Origin: Crocosphaera subtropica ATCC 51142
Lineage (GTDB): Bacteria; Cyanobacteriota; Cyanobacteriia; Cyanobacteriales; Microcystaceae
Assembly: GCF_000017845.1 (NCBI RefSeq)
Contig: NC_010547.1
Coordinates: 300,001 to 332,000 of the forward strand
DNA length: 32,000 nucleotides
Reading direction: 5' to 3'
The notes beneath the pieces were generated by a model. That model saw nothing but the letters and a program-made list of their open reading frames with translations, was not told the DNA's origin and searched no databases. The translations under genes were made by a program, and so were the position numbers. Below are positions 8,208-16,290 of this stretch, piece after piece (position 1 is the stretch's first letter; each line of letters opens with the position of its first letter).

Positions 8208-8721
8208 CTCGTTTAGAACGGTTGCGAGATAAAGGTTATGTAACCTGGATCGAGGGGAAAGCAAGAACCATCAAACCCCTACAAGTTAAAAAGCCAGGGA
8301 TTGTAATCAAGGGGGCCATAGCTGCCGGTGGTTTAGTCGAACCCTTCCTAACAGTCACCAGTCACCAGTCACCAGTTATCAGTGAAAGTAATATGGAATT
8401 ATCTATATTTAATTTAAGGTTTATGAGTTAAAATGAATTAAAATCTTTGAGCGTTTCCAATTATACCTAATTAATAATCATTGGTGACTGGTGACTGAGC
8501 GAAGCGTGTAACTGGTGACTGGTTTGACCCCAGAAGAAACAGTGAACAACGGGGAAATAGTCGCTGCTAATATCGAAGGCCATGGTGTGACATTAGGAAG
8601 ATATACATTAGATTTTTCTGAGGTGACATTGATATCTTTCGATAAAGAAAAGACGTTAAAAGTTCCGAGAACAACTTTAGAAATACAAGGGGTAGTTGTA
8701 GGAATATGGAGAAATAATTAG
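8208..8721 (+). pseudogene. lexA: second lexA copy, decayed: 5' end removed at the IS boundary and an internal 129 nt replaced by a heptamer cassette
   Basis: 8208-8347 aligns with 5916-6055 of copy 1 (RLERLRDKGYVTWIEGKARTIKPLQVKKPGIVIKGAIAAGGLVEPF identical at protein level). 8524-8721 aligns with 6185-6382 (LTPEETVNNGEIVAANIEG...IQGVVVGIWRNN). The segment encoding the Ser active-site region is missing. Confidence 0.8.
8352..8522. mobile_element. miniature heptamer cassette (copy B, inverted orientation, no ORF)
   Basis: Short arm cagtcaccagtcaccagtcaccagttatcagtg at 8352-8384. Long arm tggtgactggtgactgagcgaagcgtgtaactggtgactgg at 8482-8522, which is the reverse complement of the copy-A long arm with 3 substitutions. 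The core is 97 bp and AT-rich. Confidence 0.5.
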
Positions 8722-8763
8722 TTTAGTTATATTATATATTTAAAGCTTATTAAATAAACAAAA

Positions 8764-9156
8764 ATGTTAAAAATTAAAGAGTTTTTAAATATCAAATCTT
8801 CTCTATCTTTATTCCTTTATTTTCTGGGAATTATCCTTTGTCTAGGTATAGCTCTACTAAATACTCAGGGATTGATTGATGTTCAACCTATATGGGGAAG
8901 ACTGGGATTACTCCCTTATTTGGTTATGGATATTAACCAAAACCAGAATAGTAATTGGATTTATAACATTTTACCTATTTTAATGATAGACCAAATAATT
9001 TATCAACAAGGGGCAGGAGTTTCTCTGTTCTTAAGTCTTTGGGTAGTTTTTTTATTAACCAAAAAGAGTGACGACAAAAAAGAACCCTTCCTAATAAATA
9101 ATAATAATAATGACAATGATAATATTAAAGATTCTGGTTGGAAACATAAGAGTTAA
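8764..9156 (+). CDS. hypothetical membrane protein with an Asn/Asp-rich tail
   Basis: 130-aa ORF with about 3 hydrophobic segments (LSLFLYFLGIILCLGIALL, WIYNILPILMI, GVSLFLSLWVVFLL). Confidence 0.45.
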   Translation: MLKIKEFLNIKSSLSLFLYFLGIILCLGIALLNTQGLIDVQPIWGRLGLLPYLVMDINQNQNSNWIYNILPILMIDQIIYQQGAGVSLFLSLWVVFLLTKKSDDKKEPFLINNNNNDNDNIKDSGWKHKS

Positions 9157-9569
9157 TTACGTTTTTTTTCAAGAAATAAGGTCTTATCTACCCCGAAAAA
9201 ATCCCCTAAAATCTCTGCTTGAGAGGGGGTAATCATCACGGTATTATTATTTAAGGCTTCCCAATTTAATTTATCTTGAAAAAGTGCAGAAATATCAGTT
9301 GTAGATACATTTTTTTGTTCCATGAGGAGAGTTAACACCGAGACAGGGGTAGCCGATTTTCCAGGCTGATAAAATTCTGTTTCAAATTTCTCGACTAAGA
9401 AAACTAAAAGTTCATACAGTTCATCCTCTTCAGGGGTTCTTTGAGGACGATTCATTAAATCTTCAATAATTAATAGTGCTTCTTCGTTCTCAGCTTCAGT
9501 TCTGATGAGCTTAGGAGGATATTGAGTTAATAACTGTTTGTACTTGTCTTGATTAAAAGTAAGGGTCAT
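9153..9569 (-). CDS. higA: HigA-type HTH antitoxin (COG5499-like)
   Basis: N-terminal YKQLLTQYPPKLIRTEAENEEALLIIEDLM, acidic linker, and a C-terminal HTH-like region (LTLLMEQKNVSTTDISALF...ITPSQAEILGDFFGV). It sits immediately downstream of the higB remnant with a 17-nt overlap. Confidence 0.7.
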   Translation of the reverse strand: MTLTFNQDKYKQLLTQYPPKLIRTEAENEEALLIIEDLMNRPQRTPEEDELYELLVFLVEKFETEFYQPGKSATPVSVLTLLMEQKNVSTTDISALFQDKLNWEALNNNTVMITPSQAEILGDFFGVDKTLFLEKKRN

Positions 9570-9854
9570 TTTTCCATTTCTCCTTGTCGTATTCAGCGTG
9601 GGTTAACACATATTTAACAGTCAACAGTCACACGCCGACGCTCAGTCACCAGTCGCCAGTTTTGTTTTTTAATCTTTACTTTCAACCAGAAAATAAAGGT
9701 TATTAACTTCTGATAAAGGATGAATAACTAAAAACGATGCTTTACTGGTGACTGCGTGACTGGTGACTGCTTTAAACCAAGAATCTAGCGACTCTTTAAC
9801 ATCACCATGTTTGATGATAAAATTTTTTAATTTACGGTAACTAATAACGTGCAT
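9553..9854 (-). pseudogene. higB: higB (COG4680-type mRNA interferase toxin) disrupted by a heptamer cassette
   Basis: N-terminal 30 codons MHVISYRKLKNFIIKHGDVKESLDSWFKAV (9765-9854) and the C-terminal VKYVLTHAEYDKEKWKNDPYF* (9553-9618, different frame) match HigB ends (MHVIS...W...; THxEYDK). The middle is occupied by cassette copy C. The 302-nt span is not a multiple of 3. Confidence 0.65.
9618..9770. mobile_element. miniature heptamer cassette (copy C, same orientation as A)
   Basis: Long arm cagtcaacagtcacacgccgacgctcagtcaccagtcgccagt at 9618-9660. Short arm actggtgactgcgtgactggtgactgc at 9744-9770. Sequence next to the long arm (tttgttttttaatctttac) resembles the 3' end of the four-helix gene in copy A (ttagtttttagttctattac). 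Confidence 0.5.
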
Positions 9855-10170
9855 ACAAGTCCATAAAGCGAGACGCTGGTGAAGCAATGAATCGTAGTTA
9901 CTTATCTATGTTACTGTTAATAATTGTTCTTGAAACTGCCTTTTTAGCCACGCCATTTCCTCTACCAACCCTTGCACTTGCGCCGCCAACTCCCCGACCA
10001 ACGTAGTTAGTGCTGATATGTTTTATTGTAGTTCGGCACTAACTATAAACCAAAGGACGATTGCTGTTGAACAAACTTATTTGAGACAGTTAAAACCTAG
10101 GCACAGCCTTCTTTTTCCGAAATTAGATGTGATTGCCCTGTTACTGTACTCCTGACCTTATATAGCTAGT

Positions 10171-10710
10171 CTAACTGAATCGTGAAAAAGCCTCGTAGTT
10201 TTTAAAATTAGGAAGATTGAATAGTTTCAACTCAACAAAAAGTTGAAAAAGACGTTTAACAATTTTAAAATTTTTCCCAAATCTATAAAATCTTCTCAGT
10301 AAAGTTTTGAGTTGTAACCAAATTGCTTCTACGGGATTTTCTTGAGGGGAATAAGGAGCAAAAAGACAACAGGTTACTCGCCATTCTTCTGGTGACAAAT
10401 CTTGATTTTCTCTAGCTAAAAACTTTTGCATTTCTTTTCCTCTATGATAACTGGCTCCATCCCAAATCCATAAGGTTTTAGCTTCGGGATTTTTTTTCTG
10501 TAATTGTTGGACAAAATCTACCGTGTTTTTTCCATTTCCTTTTTGATAAGGAAGCAAAATAAATTCTTGAGTTAATAAATTTAATGCCCCATAATATGTC
10601 TGTCTTTCTTTAGGATTTAAAAGAGGAATTTTTAAGGGTTCTTTTATTAAGTTCCATAGATATCCGCAAATATCCTCCCAGTGAAGATGACATTCATCAA
10701 CTATATACAC
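10171..10710 (-). CDS. IS630 transposase, DDE catalytic part (orfB; its frame is open upstream to 10791)
   Basis: IVDECHLHW, WIWDGASYHRG and LFAPYSPQENPVEAIWLQLK are the DDE (D..D..35E) signature blocks of IS630/Tc1-mariner enzymes. Confidence 0.85.
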   Translation of the reverse strand: MYIVDECHLHWEDICGYLWNLIKEPLKIPLLNPKERQTYYGALNLLTQEFILLPYQKGNGKNTVDFVQQLQKKNPEAKTLWIWDGASYHRGKEMQKFLARENQDLSPEEWRVTCCLFAPYSPQENPVEAIWLQLKTLLRRFYRFGKNFKIVKRLFQLFVELKLFNLPNFKNYEAFSRFS

Positions 10711-10760
10711 TATCAGCTTTCCTGAATCTATTTCCTCTCGTCTATTTTCCAGAATTTGCG

Positions 10761-11222
10761 CTATTTCTTGGTTTTTTTTTGAGTGACTTCTTCATGATAT
10801 CTAGGATTAATTTGTTGCCCCTTTTGCCAAGAAATTTTCGCCTCTTTTAAAATCTTATAATAACTTTGAAGAGATTGATAAACCACATCATATTTCTCAA
10901 TTAGATAAACTTCTAGTTCAGAAATATCCCAGGTTTTTTGTTCAATTAGCCACTCAATTATCTCGGTACGTTCTTGATTTGTTAAGTAACTTTTACTTCC
11001 TTTGTATCCTGATTTTAAACCATTTATACCCCCAAAATTAAAAGCATTAACCCATTTACTAATAAATCCTAGTGACACAGATAAAATTTCTGAGACTCTT
11101 TCATAACGATAGCCTTCTAGCACTAACTTTACCGCTAAAGCTCTTTGAGTCTCTCTCCCGTTTGATGAATTTTCAAGAAACTCTTTAATTAGCTCAATTT
11201 TCTCCTTATTGTCTGTTATCAT
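10761..11222 (-). CDS. IS630 transposase, N-terminal HTH part (orfA)
   Basis: Two HTH-like segments (RETQRALAVKLVLEGYRYERVSEILSVSLGFISKWV; LTNQERTEIIEWL...WDISELEVYLIEKYDVVYQSLQSYYKILKEA). Confidence 0.85.
   Translation of the reverse strand: MITDNKEKIELIKEFLENSSNGRETQRALAVKLVLEGYRYERVSEILSVSLGFISKWVNAFNFGGINGLKSGYKGSKSYLTNQERTEIIEWLIEQKTWDISELEVYLIEKYDVVYQSLQSYYKILKEAKISWQKGQQINPRYHEEVTQKKTKK
10772..10780 (-). other. A9 slippery run; likely -1 frameshift or transcriptional slippage site joining orfA to orfB
   Basis: The minus strand reads caa aaa aaa acc. The orfB frame is the -1 frame and is open across the run (..RSHSKKNQEIAQILENRREEIDSGKLIVYIVDECH). Confidence 0.5.
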
Positions 11223-11576
11223 GAGTTTGTTTCTTTTTGAAATTACTCTTTTAATTTTACCTAAACAGAGCTTTTTTTATTCACGACTCATTTAGAAACG
11301 CTATACTAGACAAAGACATAAGATCACGAAGATTAAAACAGCAAAAACACCAATTGACCACAGGGTTTTTGAAGAAGCCGAAATAATGGGAAAAACTTGA
11401 CTCATTCTCTTTATTTACCTTTCTTTAACAAGTATGATTATATTAATGTATAGGCTTGGGATAGACTAAGTAAGATAAAGGCAAAGGGGCAACAGAGCGA
11501 TCGCCTTCGTTCGTCATGGCTTAATTTCATTTTGGGAGAACAAAAGTGTTTTTTTTCTCTGTCGAACTCACGTCCT

Positions 11577-12311
11577 TCAGAACGCACTGGCCGTCGGGCG
11601 GACTATGATTTCATTTACGTCAACATCATCGGGTTGGGATACGGCGTACAGCACCGCTCTCGCGATCGCATCTGGGCTGAGCGAAATTTTGCGAAATTCC
11701 TGCAAAGCACCTTTCGCCGATCTGTCTGTAATATCAGAACCAAGTTCGGTTTCAACAACACCTGGAGATATGGTGGTGACGCGAATATTTTGTGATTCCT
11801 GCCGCAATCCTTCGGAAATTGCCCAAACCGCATACTTGGTTGCGCAGTAAACTGCCGCCGTGGGTACTACCACATGGGCACCAATGGACGCAGTATTGAT
11901 GATGTGCCCGCCACCTTGCGCTTCCATAATCGGTAGCCCTGCCGCAATACCATTCAATACGCCCTGGATATTCACATTAATCATATTGTCCCATTCCTCG
12001 ACTTTCAGGGCATTCATCGGAGATAGGGGCATCACACCTGCATTGTTAAAAATGACATCGACGCGACCAAATTTGTCTTTAGCAAACTCAACAAATGCTT
12101 TCACATTTTGGCGATTGGTGACATCGACCGCTTTAAATTCTGCTGTACCATCGGATGCGTAAATCTCCTCGATTAGCTTTTTTAGCTTGTCTGTCCGCCG
12201 TGCACCCAAAACAACTTTTGCACCATTTTGGGCGAGCAGCTTTGCGGTGGCTTCACCAATACCACTACTGGCTCCGGTGATAGCAATTACTTTGTTTTCT
12301 ACATTCAACAT
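11577..12311 (-). CDS. short-chain dehydrogenase/reductase (classical SDR)
   Basis: ITGASSGIGEATA (TGxxxGxG), NNAG, and YCATK (YxxxK). Confidence 0.9.
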   Translation of the reverse strand: MLNVENKVIAITGASSGIGEATAKLLAQNGAKVVLGARRTDKLKKLIEEIYASDGTAEFKAVDVTNRQNVKAFVEFAKDKFGRVDVIFNNAGVMPLSPMNALKVEEWDNMINVNIQGVLNGIAAGLPIMEAQGGGHIINTASIGAHVVVPTAAVYCATKYAVWAISEGLRQESQNIRVTTISPGVVETELGSDITDRSAKGALQEFRKISLSPDAIARAVLYAVSQPDDVDVNEIIVRPTASAF

Positions 12312-12344
12312 AGTGAGTTTTCTTTGTATCCTAGTAAGTGTAAA

Positions 12345-13112
12345 TTAAAGAAACATACCGCCAGAGACTTCAATTCTCTGAGCATTCACCCAGAGGTTGT
12401 CTTCAGAAAGTAAAGAGGCGATCGCACCTCCAATATCATCGGGAAGACCAACTCGACCTAATGCGGTTTGTGAAGCGATGAAATTGTTAATTTCTGGATT
12501 GTCCCGCACTGAACCCTCAGCAAAATCTGTTTCAATTGCACCTGGAGCCACTACGTTCACTGCAATTTGTCGGTGTCCCAATTCCTTTGCCATATATCGA
12601 GTCAAGACCTTGATCGCCCCCTTCATTGCTCCATAAGCAGCATAGCCTGGTAGAGCAAACCGAGCAAGACCAGAGGAAATGTTGACAATCCGCCCTCCAT
12701 CTTTAAGCAAAGGCAGAAGTTTTTGTGTCAAGAAGAAAACTCCCTTCACATGGATATTCATCAAGCGATCAAATGCTTCCTCAGTCCTCTCGGCAAAAGG
12801 AGCATAAACGCCTATTCCAGCATTGTTGACGAGGAAGTCAACCCGTTCAGTTTGCCATTTGTTCTGGAGTGATTGCTTGAGTTGCCCTACAAAACTGTCA
12901 AAAGTTTTGATGTTAGAAGTATCCAGTTGCAGAGCAACAGCTTTACTGCCCATTGCTTCGATCTTAGATACCACGCTGTTTGCTTCTGCCTCACTACTGC
13001 GATACGTCACGATCACATCAACTCCTTTTTTAGCGAGTGATAAAGCGGTATTTTTGCCCAATCCCCGACTCGATCCCGTTACTAAAGCGATTTTTGTGAT
13101 GTTTTTTATCAT
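12345..13112 (-). CDS. short-chain dehydrogenase/reductase (FabG-like SDR)
   Basis: VTGSSRGLGKNTA, LVNNAGIG, YGAMK (YxxxK), and the PGAIETD motif. Confidence 0.9.
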   Translation of the reverse strand: MIKNITKIALVTGSSRGLGKNTALSLAKKGVDVIVTYRSSEAEANSVVSKIEAMGSKAVALQLDTSNIKTFDSFVGQLKQSLQNKWQTERVDFLVNNAGIGVYAPFAERTEEAFDRLMNIHVKGVFFLTQKLLPLLKDGGRIVNISSGLARFALPGYAAYGAMKGAIKVLTRYMAKELGHRQIAVNVVAPGAIETDFAEGSVRDNPEINNFIASQTALGRVGLPDDIGGAIASLLSEDNLWVNAQRIEVSGGMFL

Positions 13113-13278
13113 TGCCCGATCTTCTACAGTTGTAATTAAGATGTCTTCATCCTATAAATTCGATTGGGCTTTTCCAATGCCTAAATCTATCTGATGATTG
13201 CCTAATTCTCTAAAATAGTTTCATGAAGAAGCTATATAATTATTGAAAGTACGGCATTTAGTGAGTTGAGTCTCTAGC

Positions 13279-14220
13279 ATGACAATCGAAATCTCTAATC
13301 CTGATGTAATCGCAGATAGGTGTCAAGAACTTGCGACATTGGTGATGCGACATACCGAGTTTAATGGGAATGGTATTCATTCAACGGCAATCAAGCAATT
13401 GGACTTGACGCGATCTGATACTGTATCTACTGCACTTCATAGTGTGTATCAGCCAATCCTCGCACTTGTCGTTCAAGGTCAGAAAGAAGCATTACTAGGT
13501 GAGAAGAGATATCAGTATGGAGCAGGGCAATATCTGATTATTTCGGTCGATTTACCGCTAAGCGGATTTGTAATTGAGGCGACACCCGAGAAGCCATATT
13601 TGGGGCTGAAGTTGAACTTAGATCTGATGCAACTGTGCGATTTAGTTGTTCAAATGAGTCCTAGGTTGAATAAGAAAGAGAATTCTGTCCAAGGCTTATC
13701 GGTCAGTAATGTTGATGCTGGACTGATCGAGTGCGCCCTTCGCCTGGTCAAGCTCTTAGATACACCGCAACATATTTCCATGCTTGCACCCATAATGATT
13801 TGCGAACTCAACTATCGTCTGCTTATCGGTAAACAAAGTGAAGCGGTGCGCCAAATTGCTACATCGGGTAGTAATATGCAACGAATTGCTTCAGCCATCA
13901 AACTACTCAAGGCTAAATTTACTCAGCCGATACGAATCGAGGATTTAGCGAGCCATGTCAGTATGTCTACTTCGTCGTTTCATCAGCATTTCAAGCGAGT
14001 AACCTCGATGAGTCCCCTTCAGTATCAAAAACAGCTAAGACTCTTGGAAGCGCGTCGCCTCATGCTTGCCGAAAACGTCGATGCGATGTCTGCTGCCTAT
14101 CAGGTTGGGTATGAAAGTTCCTCGCAGTTTAGTCGCGAATATGCGCGGATGTTTGGTGCTCCACCAATTCGGGACATCGAACGGCTAAGAACTGCTGGTT
14201 CTGTCGCAAAAACAGAGTAA
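13279..14220 (+). CDS. AraC-family transcriptional regulator (AraC_N-type sensor domain plus C-terminal double HTH)
   Basis: The C-terminus IEDLASHVSMSTSSFHQHFKRVTSMSPLQYQKQLRLLEARRLM...GYESSSQFSREYARMFGAPP is canonical AraC/XylS. It is divergent from the two SDR genes. Confidence 0.9.
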   Translation: MTIEISNPDVIADRCQELATLVMRHTEFNGNGIHSTAIKQLDLTRSDTVSTALHSVYQPILALVVQGQKEALLGEKRYQYGAGQYLIISVDLPLSGFVIEATPEKPYLGLKLNLDLMQLCDLVVQMSPRLNKKENSVQGLSVSNVDAGLIECALRLVKLLDTPQHISMLAPIMICELNYRLLIGKQSEAVRQIATSGSNMQRIASAIKLLKAKFTQPIRIEDLASHVSMSTSSFHQHFKRVTSMSPLQYQKQLRLLEARRLMLAENVDAMSAAYQVGYESSSQFSREYARMFGAPPIRDIERLRTAGSVAKTE

Positions 14221-14309
14221 TAACCAGTAAACGAGGAAAGCTCGTTTTCTCCAAACAACACTGATCATAAAAACATTCTTATCTTGCCATTGGGTTCTAT
14301 CCAAGACCT

Positions 14310-15658
14310 GGAGGGCCTACACAGAAAGTCAAAAAGCTGATTGAATAATGGTTACAGCCCTCAGACCTCTCGAATAATAAGCGCGTTTGTTAGGAACAAG
14401 ACGTATCAATTCCTGAACTTCTTCAGCAAAAAATGATAATGAGTTAAGCCAGGAATAGGCTTTCAATCCGATAGAAAAACTACTATTTCTCTTATAACGA
14501 CGCTTTGATTCAGATGGACGACTAATATAATTAGCGACTCCTTTTCTTAGGATTAGACTTCCTTGAAAAGTTGCCATTGAATAAGCTAGAGTTCCTAATA
14601 AGATTAGAGCGATTAATCTGTCTCCAGTTACTTGAGTTCCTTCTATATTATAACCCCCTAATTTGAAATCTCTAAACATTTCTTCAATGCCCATTCTATA
14701 TGAGTAAGCTTCAGTTACTGCTGATAAACTCTCTAAATTAGTTAAAATATACCAGGGTTCTTTTTGTGCTTTTTTTCGATAATTTCGTGACCATTTGGCT
14801 GCTAAATTTACTCCACTAAATCCTTTGGTCTTGGTGACTTTTACCCCCTGATAATATAGAGAAGAACCTGGAGATAAGCCTAAATCTTTTAGTTGCGTCC
14901 ACATTTCCTTTTCTACTTCAATATAGTGACTTTTCTTCAATCGGAGCGCATAATAAACTTTTTTTTGTCCATGTAACCACTTTGCTAGTTCTGCTGAACA
15001 GAATTCTCTATCCCCCAATATAACGATTTTGTATTCTTTCAGTAACGGCAATACCCGACTCAATATGCTTTTTTGTGTGTCAAAATTGCTATTACCTGTA
15101 TGATCTAGCAACTCAAAATATAGGGGAATTCCTCTATTATCAACTACTAGACTCACCATCAAGATATTAATCAATCCCCATTGGCTTCTATCGATAACAA
15201 TATGTAACACCTGCCCAGGATTAAATGATTCCTTTAACCACTGTTTTATGATAGGTATCCATACCCCATCAATTGTCAAACAAGGTATCTCGAAAAATCG
15301 TTTTAGCTTTTTCCTACGACTCTCAAATAAAATCGGACTAGGGAAACGACTTGCTAACTCTTCTAACCTAACTTTTCTATAAGCTTGTATTAATTCTACC
15401 ACAATTAACAGTATTAAATATTCCGATTTTTTCAGGTACGTTGTTAAATGATTGTTATAAATTTCTGGCAACATTTTAGGATAAAGAGCGCACTGCGAAG
15501 CGGATCTCTTCGAGATCGCCAATTTTAGAGCATCTTTGTTTGTACCACAGTTGGCTGAAACTGTCATCTAGCAAGGCTTTTAAGCCGTGTCCCCACGCCA
15601 GGAAATAAACCAGTATTCATACCAGAAAACGTGAGTTAGGAAGGCAGCTACGCCCTCC
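14310..15658. mobile_element. IS4-family insertion sequence (boundaries tentative)
   Basis: Imperfect inverted termini: ggagggcctacac at 14310, and the reverse complement of 15646-15658, ggagggcgtagct. A single DDE transposase ORF lies inside. Confidence 0.5.
14329..15567 (-). CDS. IS4-family DDE transposase
   Basis: VIDRSQWG..., ILGDREFCSAELAKWL and YSYRMGIEEMFRDFKLGGYNIEGT are DDE_Tnp_1 / IS4 Y-(2)-R-(3)-E-(6)-K-type blocks. Confidence 0.85.
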   Translation of the reverse strand: MTVSANCGTNKDALKLAISKRSASQCALYPKMLPEIYNNHLTTYLKKSEYLILLIVVELIQAYRKVRLEELASRFPSPILFESRRKKLKRFFEIPCLTIDGVWIPIIKQWLKESFNPGQVLHIVIDRSQWGLINILMVSLVVDNRGIPLYFELLDHTGNSNFDTQKSILSRVLPLLKEYKIVILGDREFCSAELAKWLHGQKKVYYALRLKKSHYIEVEKEMWTQLKDLGLSPGSSLYYQGVKVTKTKGFSGVNLAAKWSRNYRKKAQKEPWYILTNLESLSAVTEAYSYRMGIEEMFRDFKLGGYNIEGTQVTGDRLIALILLGTLAYSMATFQGSLILRKGVANYISRPSESKRRYKRNSSFSIGLKAYSWLNSLSFFAEEVQELIRLVPNKRAYYSRGLRAVTIIQSAF

Positions 15659-16290
15659 TAACCCTGAACTCAGATCACGAAAGATAGAATCATGAATCAA
15701 GTTAATAACAAAACACTTCAAACACCTTTAAAAGCAATCAAACTTAGTGATTCAAAGGAGAACCACTTACCTAACTTTTAAATTCAGCTAATCCTATTTA
15801 AACAACTATGGCGATCCGGAAAGCCAGGGCACCCCTTAACTTGTATGTTAGTGCCGAAGTATAATCATGCAACTTATCAGGAAATAAAGGCTGCGATCGC
15901 CCGTCGCCATGCAATTCAAAGGTTGTAGAAAGTTGGTTAGATTTATATCCTGATGAAGAAAAAGCCGGCCATCGGGTGGAGTAAAATGAAGTTAAGGTCT
16001 GGTTTTTATTAGTTTTTGAATTTAGTTCTCTTTTTAAAAAAGAGAACCTATGCTAACCCCCATCAGATAAGGATTTCAGAGATCGCTTCTCATATCAACT
16101 TTTCTTGGTGCAAGATGTGAGTATTCTTGTCTATTCTCAATAAGCGGAAAGCTACTGATAATTGTTCACGGGAACTCAACCTCTGAAAAACCCTTCACAC
16201 AAGCCTTTTCACAAACTTGTCCCCCCGAAAGCTAATCGGGGCTAAAGCGTTAATTAAGGAGTTAACTATTCTATCCTTTATAAGCAGAGT

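Larger units (their letters stand above)
10161..11305. mobile_element. IS630-family insertion sequence
   Basis: Left end is tatagctagtctaactgaatcgtgaa. The reverse complement of the right end is tatagcgtttctaaatgagtcgtgaa (about 20/26 identical). TA flanks both ends. It encloses a two-ORF transposase. Confidence 0.8.

Noticed and set aside
4329-9770. Whether the CAGTCAC/GTGACTG arrays could be a CRISPR array
   Set aside because: The units are 7 nt and directly abutting with no spacers. They occur as inverted pairs rather than direct repeats of 25-40 nt, and there are no cas genes. They are STRR-like heptamer tracts or cassette arms.
9925-10010. Minus-strand coiled-coil-like fragment LVGELAAQVQGLVEEMAWLKRQFQEQLLTVT*, reminiscent of leucine-zipper N-termini of some transposases
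   Set aside because: It is only about 45 codons between stops, with no start and no catalytic motifs. At best it is an unassignable IS remnant.
11301-11405. 34-codon minus-strand ORF (MSQVFPIISASSKTLWSIGVFAVLIFVILCLCLV*) whose stop codon is supplied by the IS630 terminus. It might be a small membrane-protein gene truncated by the IS
   Set aside because: It is very short, has no convincing ribosome-binding site and no recognisable family, so it cannot be distinguished from a chance ORF.
559-13194. Other short antisense or overlapping ORFs in the track: 559..813, 678..929, 2121..2327, 2778..3008, 2785..2976, 4038..4235, 6647..6865, 7196..7438, 7547..7768, 7853..8104, 11532..11795, 11605..11850, 11615..11833, 11860..12162, 12228..12413, 12397..12636, 12823..13194
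   Set aside because: Each is embedded in or opposite a longer ORF that has clear family motifs (RNB, HU, transposase, SDRs). Their sequences are compositionally odd and motif-free.
10004-15885. Shared motif gttagtgccgaa (reverse complement at 10033-10044; direct at 15848-15859) with loosely similar flanks, in inverted orientation around the IS630-island-IS4 segment. It initially looked like the ends of a 5.8-kb composite element. There is also a perfect 10-bp stem hairpin at 10004-10013/10036-10045
   Set aside because: An exact 12-mer shared somewhere between two strands of a 32-kb window is expected by chance many times over. Flanking similarity is modest (roughly 32 of 45 positions by eye, with indels), and no target duplication is visible. 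The hairpin is real but I cannot assign it a function.
16025-16047. Perfect 23-nt palindrome gttctcttttt-a-aaaaagagaac, about 245 nt downstream of the giant gene stop, considered as an intrinsic terminator
   Set aside because: The stem is AT-rich, it lacks a separate downstream U-tract, and it is far from the stop codon. It could be a weak bidirectional terminator or a protein-binding palindrome, but the evidence is insufficient.
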